Shown here one piece after another: positions 1-10,435 of a stretch of DNA of 64,000 nucleotides. Below the pieces are notes generated by a model. It was not told where the DNA came from. It searched no databases and worked only from the letters and a program-made list of their open reading frames with translations. Within the stretch, counting starts at the first letter, position 1. Each line of letters begins with the position of its first letter. A program made the position numbers and the translations under genes. This stretch comes from a plasmid: the sequence record NZ_CP024444.1. One strand, written 5' to 3'.

Positions 1-767
1 AAATTGTCATTTGGTGACTGGGTTAAATTTAGACGTTCGGTAAGTTTACTTTTAATTTTTTCACGCAAATACAGCACACCTTTGTCAAAAGACAGCATGC
101 CAATCGGTTCTTTATTACCCGAAGAGATACTGACCACATCAACTGTTCTGCCACCGATATCAATAACCACGCAGCCATACTCGCTGACTGACTCGCTAAA
201 TTCGGTTTCTTGTAAGTCGTTGTCGTACATCAAGTCAGTTAAAATGCCATACCCTTCAGGGATAATTTTTACCGCCACCGCTTCAAGTCTAGGTAAATCT
301 TCCTCGCTTTCAGCATACGATTTTGCCAGCCTTTTTAAGCTATCAACCTTTTTTTGCACCAGCTCATGATTAATATGACCAATGTTCTTATCATAAAATT
401 GGTTGGCTGGCAGACCAGCGACAATTTTGAGCTGATTACTACCATTAAAAAAGGTTCTGACTTTGCGAAGTGCTTGATTAACCAAGGCTAAGTTAAGATT
501 GCTGTAAGGATAATCTTTGCTGCGCGTGTCGATGATGTCACGTTGATGATTTTCGCTAACCCAAAATTTCTCAACACCGCTTTCTGTTTCGATGACAATT
601 GTGGCGTCATCATTATTGTTATTGATTAGATTTAGATTGCGATTTTCACCGATTTTAGCCCGTGATAGCATCTGTATTTGAATAGGTTCATCGGTTACAT
701 TTAGGCCCAAAAAAACCTTAATGGATGAATGGCCGTCGTCAAGGCCAATATTGATTACTTCACTCAT
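1..767 (-). CDS. ParM/StbA-like actin-fold plasmid segregation ATPase (N-terminal part; gene continues beyond window start)
   Basis: Manual minus-strand translation from the ATG at 765-767 gives MSEVINIGLDDGHSSIKV...GCVVIDIGGRTVDVV. The actin-fold phosphate-1 motif (DDG) and the DIGGRTVD phosphate-2 motif are typical of ParM/StbA. It is absent from the ORF track only because it is truncated at the window edge. Confidence 0.6.
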   Translation of the reverse strand, partial: MSEVINIGLDDGHSSIKVFLGLNVTDEPIQIQMLSRAKIGENRNLNLINNNNDDATIVIETESGVEKFWVSENHQRDIIDTRSKDYPYSNLNLALVNQALRKVRTFFNGSNQLKIVAGLPANQFYDKNIGHINHELVQKKVDSLKRLAKSYAESEEDLPRLEAVAVKIIPEGYGILTDLMYDNDLQETEFSESVSEYGCVVIDIGGRTVDVVSISSGNKEPIGMLSFDKGVLYLREKIKSKLTERLNLTQSPNDN

Positions 768-832
768 GTTATACCTACCAGTTTATTCGCTAAAAATTAA
801 TATTTATCAACCTAAATATAGAATTAGGAAGA

Positions 833-1105
833 TTACAACTCGAAACGGTTATTGCGTACCCTTGTGTGCTTGGTGTTCCCAACAAGGAAACTTCTAATTA
901 AAGGCCATGTGTAGCGCATAGGCATCTTTAAAAACTTTTCAAAAATAATCACATATATCCAAACAGCCAATGTGAAGATAAACCACCACATACTATGATG
1001 AATATTAAATCCAATAATGCTTATAAAAAGCACCACAAACGGCCACGGACTAATAAATAAAATTTTGGGTTCGTGGCTAAATTGACTCCAGTGTTCGTTT
1101 GCCAT
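833..1105 (-). CDS. small integral membrane protein, possibly IcmT/TraK-like T4SS component
   Basis: 90 aa with two hydrophobic helices, immediately downstream of the T4SS ATPase in the same orientation. The assignment rests on size and context only. Confidence 0.3.
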   Translation of the reverse strand: MANEHWSQFSHEPKILFISPWPFVVLFISIIGFNIHHSMWWFIFTLAVWIYVIIFEKFLKMPMRYTWPLIRSFLVGNTKHTRVRNNRFEL

Positions 1106-1133
1106 AATTTCTTATCCTAGAACAATCATAAGT

Positions 1134-2453
1134 CTAAACACTCTCTAATTTTTCAAACGTTTCATTATCAAGTTCACTATCGTCTTCTACTAATCGACGA
1201 TAGCTAAGTTCATCAATGATGCCATCAGAGAGCAGTTTGTCCGCTTGTCTTTTAAAGTTGATACTGCCAGTAATTCCTTCATCCATAATCGCGTCAATTT
1301 TTCTTGCTAAAATATCAGGCTGTTTAGCAAACCGCAGTAGATATTTACGCAATCCTTCTTTTAAAACCAAAACTTCTCTAACAGCAAAACGCTTGCCGTT
1401 TACATCACGTATTAGTTTTTGTGCGACCAATACCCTTGCTGAGTCAATAATATCAAATGCTTTTTCACCCTGAATTTCTGCAGGGAAACGGCTTAATAAA
1501 CGTGGAATAATTGCTTTGATATTTGTGGCGTGCGTTGTTGCAAAAACAGGGTGACCAGTTTGGGAAAGCTCAATAGCCGCTTGCACCGTAGCACCATTTC
1601 GCAACTCACCTACTAAGACTAACGCTGGAAACCGTCGTAGTGCTGCTTGGTTGGCGATATCGAAACTCCGTATATGACCACCTAACCCGATTGCACTTTG
1701 AGATACTATAGAATGAGTAGACCGTATATTGTGATATGAAAACTCGATTGGCTCTTCATGTGTCACAATATTACCTTGGATGATGGTATTGTTTTCCAAA
1801 ATATAGCGTATCGTTGCCGCAAGCGTAGTCGTTTTACCTGAACCTGTAGAGCCAGCAATAATCACAAAACCCGAGTCAATAATACAACTTTTAATAAAAT
1901 CTTCAGGAATGTTCAGCGACTCATAATGTGGGGGTGTTACTGGTAGTGGGCGTAGCGTTAACTGAAAGCCATTAGGCTCAATAACGGTATCACATCCTGC
2001 CAGCTCATAACGAAAACGCTTTTGAAGTAATCGACCAAAAGTATCACGTTCCCCATCACTATTTAACTCATTGATCTTTGATAAGCCACTTAAAGGTTCG
2101 CCATCTTTAATCATTGAGATTGCAGACTCAATCCCAGTGATTAATTTAACCATATTTACACATTCACCCGTATCAATGGTGCGATGGGTAACAGCCATTA
2201 ATTTGCCGTTGACAATGGCTGCTACAGGAATACCAGGCATGATAAAGATATCAGAAACCTCGTGCGACATGATTTCGTTAAACAGCATGCGTATTTCACG
2301 CATATCACTAAAGCGTTCAGGGTCGGTATATTTCGTAACCCAATTTATAGCTGTTAATGAACTTGCTGAAATCTTAATAGTTTCTTGTTTTTCCTCGCCT
2401 CTATCATTAGTGCTTGCTTTTGCAAATACAGGCTGTGCCACTAAAGTCTTCAT
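1134..2453 (-). CDS. type IV secretion/conjugation ATPase, PilT/DotB/VirB11 (TraJ-like) family
   Basis: 439 aa with Walker A GSTGSGKTTTLAA and the overall PilT/GspE-like secretion NTPase layout. It is translationally coupled (ATGA overlap) to the upstream gene. Confidence 0.65.
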   Translation of the reverse strand: MKTLVAQPVFAKASTNDRGEEKQETIKISASSLTAINWVTKYTDPERFSDMREIRMLFNEIMSHEVSDIFIMPGIPVAAIVNGKLMAVTHRTIDTGECVNMVKLITGIESAISMIKDGEPLSGLSKINELNSDGERDTFGRLLQKRFRYELAGCDTVIEPNGFQLTLRPLPVTPPHYESLNIPEDFIKSCIIDSGFVIIAGSTGSGKTTTLAATIRYILENNTIIQGNIVTHEEPIEFSYHNIRSTHSIVSQSAIGLGGHIRSFDIANQAALRRFPALVLVGELRNGATVQAAIELSQTGHPVFATTHATNIKAIIPRLLSRFPAEIQGEKAFDIIDSARVLVAQKLIRDVNGKRFAVREVLVLKEGLRKYLLRFAKQPDILARKIDAIMDEGITGSINFKRQADKLLSDGIIDELSYRRLVEDDSELDNETFEKLESV

Positions 2454-3748
2454 TGGCCATGCGTCCTATTGTATTCATCAATTTCAGCTGGGGTCATGAC
2501 ATGAAGAGCTGGTTTAGAACTATTGGTGTAAGTGCTAACCGTTACGCCAGTATTGCCCGGCACCACTGCAACGGCAGCATTCCCTGGAACCACTGTCGTT
2601 GTTGTTGTGCTTACAACAGCATTGGTAGCATTGGTAGCATTGGTGGTAGTTGCCGCAGTATTACTGATACTAACAGGTCGCTGCTCAATAGTGTATTTGG
2701 TTTCCAAAGGATTTGGTGTTGTTACAATACCAGTGTTATTCAACCAAGGTTGTGCGCCATTTGCTTTTAAGTCATTATTGCGTACATTTTGCATATACTT
2801 CATTAGTGCTGGCGAAAAGGTTTCCTCGATTGGGGTTTGTGATACCACGCCTGATTTCCCATCATTTTTTAACGTCACAGCACCCAAGCCAACATATTTA
2901 GAATTGTTGTATCTAGGCTTAAACGGTTGCGTGATGAATGATGGTAACACTTCGATTTGCAATAACTGTTCATCAATTCTTAAGCGATCACCGTCATTAT
3001 TGTCATACAGATTATAGCTGTTAATAACAGGCGAGTTAATTTTGCCGTCTAACACAAACTCATGGAAACGTATCATCCCAATATAGTCACGGTTAAGGCG
3101 ATCCATAGCCTGTTGTAAAATACCATTAGCTTGAGCCAATCCTAAACGCCAACCCTCTTTGGTTGCATCCTCCCATAATTTACGCTCATGACTTGTTTTT
3201 GGATAAATCTCTTTGCTCACGAATGCATAATCAGGAAATGCATTAGACTCATAGCTAAAGTTTAAGTAATCACGCCAGTTTGGTGCTGTGGTGGAAAAAC
3301 GTGCCTGTTTAACAATATTATAAATTGCGCGTGAAAGGCGAATTTGCATGTGATTGTCTTGGTTATACAGATTGCGTGCTTCAGTGATAACAGGAGGGAC
3401 GACACGCTGTTGTATCATTAAGGGTTGGAAATTATATATGGCATCTAAATTTCGAGAGTTTGTTTGTACTGCCCATTGTATTTGTTTAAAACGCATGCTC
3501 ATGGCTGCACGAATAGCAGTCATTTTTGCATATTCCATCATGGCTTTATCACGCTCGGTACTTGCCATATCAATCATGGCATTTGTTGCACCGCCACGGA
3601 CTAACTGTTTTTGATAGCTTAAAAAATCTTCTGCATTAGTGATGTTTTCAGGGCTACCAGCGGCATGACTAGCCGCTGACAAACTTGTCAAAATCACACC
3701 AAATAATGCAGCTACTCTTTTGGATGAATTACCCATGGTTTGCCTCAT
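2450..3748 (-). CDS. secreted T4SS-associated protein (possibly DotC/TraI-like), Thr/Asn-rich C-terminus
   Basis: 432 aa with an N-terminal signal peptide and a low-complexity C-terminus (TTTNATNATNAVVSTTTTTVVPGN). Its position between the lipoprotein and the ATPase mirrors dotD-dotC-dotB / traH-traI-traJ order. Confidence 0.3.
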   Translation of the reverse strand: MRQTMGNSSKRVAALFGVILTSLSAASHAAGSPENITNAEDFLSYQKQLVRGGATNAMIDMASTERDKAMMEYAKMTAIRAAMSMRFKQIQWAVQTNSRNLDAIYNFQPLMIQQRVVPPVITEARNLYNQDNHMQIRLSRAIYNIVKQARFSTTAPNWRDYLNFSYESNAFPDYAFVSKEIYPKTSHERKLWEDATKEGWRLGLAQANGILQQAMDRLNRDYIGMIRFHEFVLDGKINSPVINSYNLYDNNDGDRLRIDEQLLQIEVLPSFITQPFKPRYNNSKYVGLGAVTLKNDGKSGVVSQTPIEETFSPALMKYMQNVRNNDLKANGAQPWLNNTGIVTTPNPLETKYTIEQRPVSISNTAATTTNATNATNAVVSTTTTTVVPGNAAVAVVPGNTGVTVSTYTNSSKPALHVMTPAEIDEYNRTHGQ

Positions 3749-4284
3749 TATCTGTAAATAAGTGTGATTACTTTATTGTTTTTATCTAAGCTGATAGTCG
3801 CTTCATTCCCTAATTGCGCTGAAATTACCATGACAGCATTTTCGGGCGTAGTCCAGTTATTTGTAAAATTAACCGTACCTAAATCTCTTGACTGACCAAC
3901 TTCTAAGAAACGGTAGCCATATCGAATAGCGATAGAAGTTAATAAAGGTTGTGGCTTACCAATATAGTCAATAGCTACTTGGTCTTCTTCAAAACTACGT
4001 TGACGTGATTCTAGCGTTGCTGAATATTGTTGACGGTACTTGACGAGCATCTTTTGAGCTTCAAGTGCGCGTTGGCTTTCTTGAGAGATAATTTCTAAAG
4101 CGTTTTCAGTTTGGGGATAAACACCGCTTTTAGAAAATAAGATGCCGTTGCTAGTTGCATTCGGTGTTGATGTATAATTATGTCCACTCCAACCAAGTTG
4201 CGTACAACCTGTAGCAGATAAGATGGCACCACAAAACAAAAGACTTGCTAAAGTCTTGTTAACTTTTTCGCTATAACTTTTCAT
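3748..4284 (-). CDS. lipoprotein, possibly DotD/TraH-like
   Basis: 178 aa with signal peptide and lipobox (LSATGC). It is the first gene of the co-oriented cluster and overlaps the next gene by 1 nt. Confidence 0.3.
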   Translation of the reverse strand: MKSYSEKVNKTLASLLFCGAILSATGCTQLGWSGHNYTSTPNATSNGILFSKSGVYPQTENALEIISQESQRALEAQKMLVKYRQQYSATLESRQRSFEEDQVAIDYIGKPQPLLTSIAIRYGYRFLEVGQSRDLGTVNFTNNWTTPENAVMVISAQLGNEATISLDKNNKVITLIYR

Positions 4285-4496
4285 AATCTTTCCTAAGAAG
4301 AAGATTTAAGATTAATGTTTTAAATGTCTACTATTACTACCCTGCAATACTGATTGGGTGATAAAAGCAAAGTTATTCTACAATAAACTTTCATACTGTG
4401 TCCTTGTTTTCAATTCCTAAAACCAAAGACTTTTGTTTGAAACCTCGCATCAATAAATTTTATTTCATTATAAACATATCAAATTATGAATTAAAT

Positions 4497-5478
4497 ACCC
4501 CACTCTCAACACTTTTAAGTGGGATTGAAACAAAGAAGGCATGAACTTAAACTTTAATCAATGACCAAAAAGATTAGAGGATAAGCCATGCCCATAGATG
4601 AATTTATCATTAAAATCTATCTAATGGTAGATGACTACTACAAAAAGATTGTAACAAACCGCCTAAGACAAGGCGGATATGCACCTAAACTGACCGACAG
4701 TGAAATCATCACCATGGAGTTAGTGGGTGAATTTTTACAGATGGACACCGATTCACAAATCCATCAGTATTTTAAACAGCATTGGCAAACATGGTTTCCT
4801 AATCTAGGCTCATACCCCAACTTTGCTAAGCAGTGCGTTAATTTGCTACAAGTAAAAACTTTGATACAACAGCATATCGTTAAACAGTATGGACAAGACA
4901 ACATTCATTTTATTGATGGCTTTCCAATCCCTGTGTGTCAATATGCCAGAGCCTATCGGCATAAAACCTTCAAGTACGAAGGTAGTTATAGTTACTGCGC
5001 CTCAAAGCAACAAAAATATTTCGGCTTTGAAGGGCATTTACTTATCAATCTATCGGGCATGATAACGAATTTTACCTTTGCCTCTGCCAGAATAGATGAA
5101 AGACTCGTTGCACCTGATATGCTTGATGATATTAAAGGTTTATTGGGGGCAGATATGGGTTATATTAGCCCTGATTTATCCGAGTATTGCTTCAAGCGAT
5201 GTGTTGATTTGCAAACACCGCTTAGAAAAAATATGTCCGATAAAAGACCAATCAGTGTCCTTAATCGTCTTAAAAATGCTCGTCGCAATATTGAGACAGT
5301 AATTGGTCAGTTGTCCGAGCGGTTTAATATGCAAAAGGTTAGAGCGAGAGATTTATGGCATTTATCCCACAGATTTATGCGTAAAATCTTGGCTCATAAC
5401 TTCTGCTTTGTAATTAATAAACAGTTAGGTAATCCGCCACTTCAGTTTGAACTGCTTATTTCAAGTTGAGAGTGGGGT
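4497..5478 (+). mobile_element. IS982-family insertion sequence, copy 1
   Basis: Terminal inverted repeats ACCCCACTCTCAAC at 4497-4510 and GTTGAGAGTGGGGT at 5465-5478 flank a 293-aa DDE transposase. The IS is about 982 bp. Confidence 0.75.
4588..5469 (+). CDS. IS982-family DDE transposase
   Basis: 293 aa, starting MPIDEFIIKIYLMVDDYY. It is about 95% identical to the copy at 21820-22701. Confidence 0.75.
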   Translation: MPIDEFIIKIYLMVDDYYKKIVTNRLRQGGYAPKLTDSEIITMELVGEFLQMDTDSQIHQYFKQHWQTWFPNLGSYPNFAKQCVNLLQVKTLIQQHIVKQYGQDNIHFIDGFPIPVCQYARAYRHKTFKYEGSYSYCASKQQKYFGFEGHLLINLSGMITNFTFASARIDERLVAPDMLDDIKGLLGADMGYISPDLSEYCFKRCVDLQTPLRKNMSDKRPISVLNRLKNARRNIETVIGQLSERFNMQKVRARDLWHLSHRFMRKILAHNFCFVINKQLGNPPLQFELLISS

Positions 5479-5479
5479 A

Positions 5480-8137
5480 TTAATAGGAACTTTTCAACTC
5501 ATTTGCTAAAAATGATGCAGTGCGACTATCAAGGTTCTGTGCTACCTGTTTTGGTGTTCCTGCCACAACAATATTCCCACCAGCATTTCCAGCACCTGGT
5601 CCCACATCAATCACCCAATCTGCTTGTGCAACGGCACGCATATCATGCTCAATCATAACCACGGTATTACCCGCATCGACTAATCGCTGCAATTGAACTA
5701 ACAATCGATCTACATCTGATGGATGCAAACCTGTAGTTGGCTCATCAAGTATATACAGTGTATTTCCACGCTGATTGCGTTGCAGCTCGGTCGCCAATTT
5801 AATACGTTGCGCTTCTCCACCAGATAGTTCAGTCGCTGGTTGCCCTAAACGTAAATAACCAAGACCAATTTCCTTTAATAATTGTAGTGAACGAGCAATC
5901 GAGACCTCTCCATCAAAAAAATCACGTGCTTCATTGACGGTCATTTCTAATACTTCAGCAATATTACGTCCATTCCAGCGAATTTTCAGAGTGTCATCAT
6001 TATATCGAGCACCATGACATGTCGGACAAGGGGCATATACACTTGGCATAAACAATAATTCTACACTGACAAAGCCTTCACCTTCACAAGTTTCACATCG
6101 CCCTTTAGCCACATTAAATGAAAAACGTCCAGCATCATAATGAGCTTGGAGAGCTTCAGGAGTCCCAGCAAATAACTTTCTAACATGATCAAATAAACCC
6201 GTATAAGTTGCCAGATTAGAACGTGGAGTACGGCCAATTGGTTTTTGATCAACCTGTACCAGACGCTTTATAGCCTCCACATCACCAGCTAGAGAACCTC
6301 GTGTAACCTCGGTAACCAACATTCCTTCATTTAAAGGATTATCTTCATTATTGTTTTCAGTTTCAGATTCATTGCCTAAATATGAAAGTACTAACTCAGG
6401 TAAAGCTTGAGAAACGAGACTAGATTTACCTGAACCTGAAATACCTGTAACTGCTGTAAGTACACCAAGAGGTATACGAGCATCAATATTATGCAGGTTA
6501 TGTCGGTAAATATTGTTAAGTTCAAGCCAACCAGAGGGTGTACGTCCATAACTTTGAGTAACTGGGATTTTATTAAATAAATAACTTGCAGTACGTGAAG
6601 CTGAAATCTCACTTAAACCCTGAGGTACCCCACTATATAAAATATTACCACCTTGCTCTCCTGCATCTGGTCCAACATCCACTAACCATTGAGCACGACG
6701 CATGAGCTCTAAATCATGCTCTACAACAAATACGGAGTTCCCAGCATCTCTTAATTTATCGAGGGAATCATATAATGACTGACTATCTGAAGGATGTAAT
6801 CCAGCAGACGGCTCATCCAGTACGTAAACTACACCAAATAGCATAGAACTTAATTGTGTTGCTAAACGCAAACGTTGTAACTCTCCAGCTGAAAGAGTCG
6901 GTGTGGCTCTATCTAATGTTAGATAACCAAGGCCTAACTGGCGTAATTGATTTAAACGCCCTACCACACCACTTGCTAAACGCTGGGCAGCAATTTTCTT
7001 TTCATCTGAAAGTGCTGAAGTACGTCTTACATCTGGAGATACAGAATGCACTGCTCTACCTGTTGTTGCTCGTTCAGATCTATCAAGTTGGGTTACTTTA
7101 TTATTAGTCTTTTCGCCAGCATCATGAGCGTCGAAATCGCCAAGAACAATGGGTTCAAGCAGGCAAGTTAATTTATCCAAAGAAAGTTGCATAAACTCAC
7201 CAATATCTACTCCTGCAAAGGTAATAGATAAGGCTTCTGGCTTAAGTCGTTTACCATGGCAGGAAGGGCATATTTTTCCTTCCATAAAACGTGAAACACG
7301 TTTTTTCATCAACGTACTTTGGGTATTAGCAAAAGTATGAAGGACATAGCGACGAGCACCAGTGAAAGTGCCCATATAGCTGGGTTCTAGTTTACGTTTA
7401 AGTGCAGATTGAGTCTCAGCGGGGCTTAAACCAGCATAGACAGGAACTGTTGGGGTTTCTTCAGTAAATAAAATCCAATCTCGATCCGATTGCGGTAAAT
7501 CTTTCCATGGTCGATCAACATCATACCCTAGGGTTACTAGGATATCGCGTAAGTTTTGCCCGTGCCAAGCAGGTGGCCATGATGCGATAGCTCTCTCACG
7601 AATACTGAGTGTCGGGTCAGGAACCATTGTCGATTCTGTAACTTCATAAATGTGACCTAAACCATGACAGGTAGGACAAGCACCTTGAGGAGTGTTCGGC
7701 GAAAAGTCCTCGGCATATAACATTGGCTGATCGGCAGGATATGCACCAGCACGCGAATAAATCATTCGAACGAGACTTGATAAAGTTGTTACACTTCCAA
7801 CAGAAGAACGGGTATTACTTGCACCACGTTGTTGTTGCAATGCGACTGCTGGTGGTAGACCATCAATAGCATCAACATCTGGTACTCCTGCCTGATCAAT
7901 TAAGCGTCTTGCATAAGGTGCAACAGATTCGAAATATCTTCTTTGTGCTTCAGCAAAAATAGTCCCAAAAGCAAGTGATGATTTTCCCGAACCCGATACA
8001 CCTGAGAAAACAACAAGTGCATTTCTTGGGATAGAAACATCTACATCCTTAAGGTTATGTTCACGCGCACCTCGAACTTCAATACAATTATTAGATAAAG
8101 TAATGTTATTGGGTTCACCAAAAGAATGTGTTTTCAT
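5480..8137 (-). CDS. uvrA: UvrA-like ABC ATPase (class II UvrA paralog, shorter than canonical UvrA)
   Basis: 885 aa with an N-terminus (EVRGAREHNLKDVDVSIPRNALVVFSGVSGSGKSSLAF) nearly colinear with UvrA. It has two ABC modules with Walker A motifs and CxxC zinc-finger pairs. The stop codon is supplied at the IS982 right inverted repeat. Confidence 0.8.
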   Translation of the reverse strand: MKTHSFGEPNNITLSNNCIEVRGAREHNLKDVDVSIPRNALVVFSGVSGSGKSSLAFGTIFAEAQRRYFESVAPYARRLIDQAGVPDVDAIDGLPPAVALQQQRGASNTRSSVGSVTTLSSLVRMIYSRAGAYPADQPMLYAEDFSPNTPQGACPTCHGLGHIYEVTESTMVPDPTLSIRERAIASWPPAWHGQNLRDILVTLGYDVDRPWKDLPQSDRDWILFTEETPTVPVYAGLSPAETQSALKRKLEPSYMGTFTGARRYVLHTFANTQSTLMKKRVSRFMEGKICPSCHGKRLKPEALSITFAGVDIGEFMQLSLDKLTCLLEPIVLGDFDAHDAGEKTNNKVTQLDRSERATTGRAVHSVSPDVRRTSALSDEKKIAAQRLASGVVGRLNQLRQLGLGYLTLDRATPTLSAGELQRLRLATQLSSMLFGVVYVLDEPSAGLHPSDSQSLYDSLDKLRDAGNSVFVVEHDLELMRRAQWLVDVGPDAGEQGGNILYSGVPQGLSEISASRTASYLFNKIPVTQSYGRTPSGWLELNNIYRHNLHNIDARIPLGVLTAVTGISGSGKSSLVSQALPELVLSYLGNESETENNNEDNPLNEGMLVTEVTRGSLAGDVEAIKRLVQVDQKPIGRTPRSNLATYTGLFDHVRKLFAGTPEALQAHYDAGRFSFNVAKGRCETCEGEGFVSVELLFMPSVYAPCPTCHGARYNDDTLKIRWNGRNIAEVLEMTVNEARDFFDGEVSIARSLQLLKEIGLGYLRLGQPATELSGGEAQRIKLATELQRNQRGNTLYILDEPTTGLHPSDVDRLLVQLQRLVDAGNTVVMIEHDMRAVAQADWVIDVGPGAGNAGGNIVVAGTPKQVAQNLDSRTASFLANELKSSY

Positions 8138-8219
8138 GTTTCTACCCTCTATCGCTTAAAAAGTCGTAAGCTAATAATTATTAAAATATTTTCTATTAAT
8201 TCCTAAAATTAAAGTTAGC

Positions 8220-9512
8220 TTAATTCTTAGGAATAGATTTACTAATATCTTCTTTTCTTACATTTGTGATAAGTCTTGAACCACGATAACCCACACTATG
8301 ATTCCACAACCAACTTAAGGCAACGTTTAAACGACTTTGCACACCAATCAAAAAGTAAATATGTATAAGTTTCCAAAACCACCAAGCGAGTACTCCTTGT
8401 AGTTGAAATTTACCCATATCAACAACTGCGCGACTACGTCCAATTGTTGCTAGATTACCTTGATGATGATATTTAAATGGCTCTTTTATATCTTTGCCTT
8501 TTAATCGATTATCAATGGTTTTCGCAACATATTTTCCTTGTTGTTTGGCGGCTGGTGCTATACCTGGTACTAACTTACCATCTTCCATAGTAACTGCCGC
8601 GGTATCACCAATGACGAAAATTTCAGGATGCCCTGTCACAGTTAGATTTGAATCAACCAACACACGCCCTGCACGATCAGATTCAACATTTAACCAACGA
8701 GCTGCTGGAGATGCTTGTACGCCAGCAGCCCAAATAATTGTTTTTGCAGGTAGCTGTTTTCCATCATAAACAACACCATCTTCTGAACAACTTGTCACTG
8801 GTGTTCCAAGTACAACCTCAACACCAAGTTGTTCAAGTGCCTGACGGGTATAGCTAGACAACTTTTCAGGGAAAACTGATAATAAACGTGGACCGGCTTC
8901 AATCAATACCACTCGAGATTCACGAGGATCTATCAAACGAAAATCTCGAGATAACGTATCTTTTGCCAGTTCTGCAATAGTTCCTGATAGCTCAACTCCC
9001 GTCGGACCACCTCCAATGATCACAAATGTTTGTAAAGCCTTTCTTAAGATTGGATCTTTGGTACGTTCAGCTTCTTCAAAGGCAGCCAGAATTCGTTCTC
9101 GAATATTTGTTGCATCCCCCAAGGTTTTTAAACCTGGTGCAAATCGCTCCCATTCATCATGACCAAAATAAGCATGAGTAGCACCTGTCGCAATAACTAA
9201 AGTGTCATAATGCAACTTTTCGCCATCATCAAGAACAACTAGTCGGCTACCCACTTCAATGCCCTGCACCTCTCCCATTAAGGTACGGACTTCAGGACGG
9301 TTTCGAAAAATATATCGAATAGGCCAAGCGATTTCAGATGTTGATAAAGATGAGCCTGCGACTTGATACAATAATGGTTGAAATAGATGGTGATTTCTTC
9401 TGTCGATAATAGTTATATCGACATTGACACCAGCGAGACTATTTGCAGCCTCTATCCCTCCAAAACCAGCTCCAATAATAACAACACGATGACGTCCTGT
9501 AGACTTTACCAT
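8220..9512 (-). CDS. ndh: type II NADH:quinone oxidoreductase (NDH-2)
   Basis: 430 aa with an N-terminal FAD Rossmann motif (VVIIGAGFGGIEAA), a second dinucleotide motif (VIIGGGPTGVE) and a C-terminal membrane anchor. Confidence 0.85.
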   Translation of the reverse strand: MVKSTGRHRVVIIGAGFGGIEAANSLAGVNVDITIIDRRNHHLFQPLLYQVAGSSLSTSEIAWPIRYIFRNRPEVRTLMGEVQGIEVGSRLVVLDDGEKLHYDTLVIATGATHAYFGHDEWERFAPGLKTLGDATNIRERILAAFEEAERTKDPILRKALQTFVIIGGGPTGVELSGTIAELAKDTLSRDFRLIDPRESRVVLIEAGPRLLSVFPEKLSSYTRQALEQLGVEVVLGTPVTSCSEDGVVYDGKQLPAKTIIWAAGVQASPAARWLNVESDRAGRVLVDSNLTVTGHPEIFVIGDTAAVTMEDGKLVPGIAPAAKQQGKYVAKTIDNRLKGKDIKEPFKYHHQGNLATIGRSRAVVDMGKFQLQGVLAWWFWKLIHIYFLIGVQSRLNVALSWLWNHSVGYRGSRLITNVRKEDISKSIPKN

Positions 9513-9531
9513 GAGTTTATCTCCCTATTTC

Positions 9532-10362
9532 CTAGCACTTAAGAGCTAAAGCATGATGCACAATATGTGCACGAATAAAGCTCGCAATGAAGTAATAACT
9601 ATGGTCGTAACCTTCTCTTAGGTTTAAAACTAAAGGGTGATCCATTTCAGTACATACTTTTCGTAGTCTTTCTGGTTGAAGTTGGCTATCAAGAAATTCA
9701 TCCCCTAAGCCTTGATCAACTAATAATGGAATTTTATGAATTGAATTCTTAACTAATTCAACAGTATCGTATTGTTTCCATGATTCCTGATCAGCTCCTA
9801 AATAAGCATTGAAAGCTTTTTGTCCCCAAGGAACTATGGATGGATTAACAATAGGCGAAAAAGCTGATACGCTCAGATATAATTCGGGATTACGTAAGGC
9901 AATCGTTAATGCCCCATGTCCTCCCATTGAATGACCACTAATACCGCGTTTTTGTGACGCAGGGAAATGAGCCTCAATTAGCGCTGGAAGTTCATGCACA
10001 ATATAATCATACATTTGAAAATGTGCAGCCCAAGGATCTTGAGTGGCATTCAGATAAAATCCAGCACCTTGACCGAGATCATATGCAGGATCGTCAGCTA
10101 CATTTTCTCCACGAGGGCTAGTATCTGGTGCAACAATAATAATTCCATGTTCAGCCGCATATTGTTGCGCTGCAGACTTCGTAATAAAATTTTGTTCTGT
10201 GCAGGTAAGACCACTGAGCCAGTACAGTACTGGTAATTTATCTTGATGCACCTGAGGAGGCAGATAAATAGCAAATTTCATCATGCATCCGAGTACTTCA
10301 GATTTATGTTGATAAACGTCTTGCCAACCACCAAACATTGCATGATGTTCAACACGATCCAT
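9532..10362 (-). CDS. fghA: S-formylglutathione hydrolase (esterase D family)
   Basis: 276 aa with the GHSMGGHGAL serine-hydrolase motif and esterase D/FrmB architecture. It lies next to frmA/gfa. Confidence 0.85.
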   Translation of the reverse strand: MDRVEHHAMFGGWQDVYQHKSEVLGCMMKFAIYLPPQVHQDKLPVLYWLSGLTCTEQNFITKSAAQQYAAEHGIIIVAPDTSPRGENVADDPAYDLGQGAGFYLNATQDPWAAHFQMYDYIVHELPALIEAHFPASQKRGISGHSMGGHGALTIALRNPELYLSVSAFSPIVNPSIVPWGQKAFNAYLGADQESWKQYDTVELVKNSIHKIPLLVDQGLGDEFLDSQLQPERLRKVCTEMDHPLVLNLREGYDHSYYFIASFIRAHIVHHALALKC

Positions 10363-10435
10363 ATCGTTTTCCTTATTACAAAAAAGTTGTGATCTCCCTT
10401 TATTTTTAGAGAGGTCTTGTTTGTCGTTAAAATGA

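Noticed and set aside
4-369. 121-aa plus-strand ORF at the window start
   Set aside because: It is antisense to a much better-supported minus-strand ParM-like gene (1-767) and has no recognisable features.
6061-7340. Several 60-85 aa ORFs inside uvrA on both strands (6061-6252, 6391-6612, 6856-7107, 7149-7340)
   Set aside because: They are embedded in or antisense to a long, well-supported CDS and are typical spurious frames.
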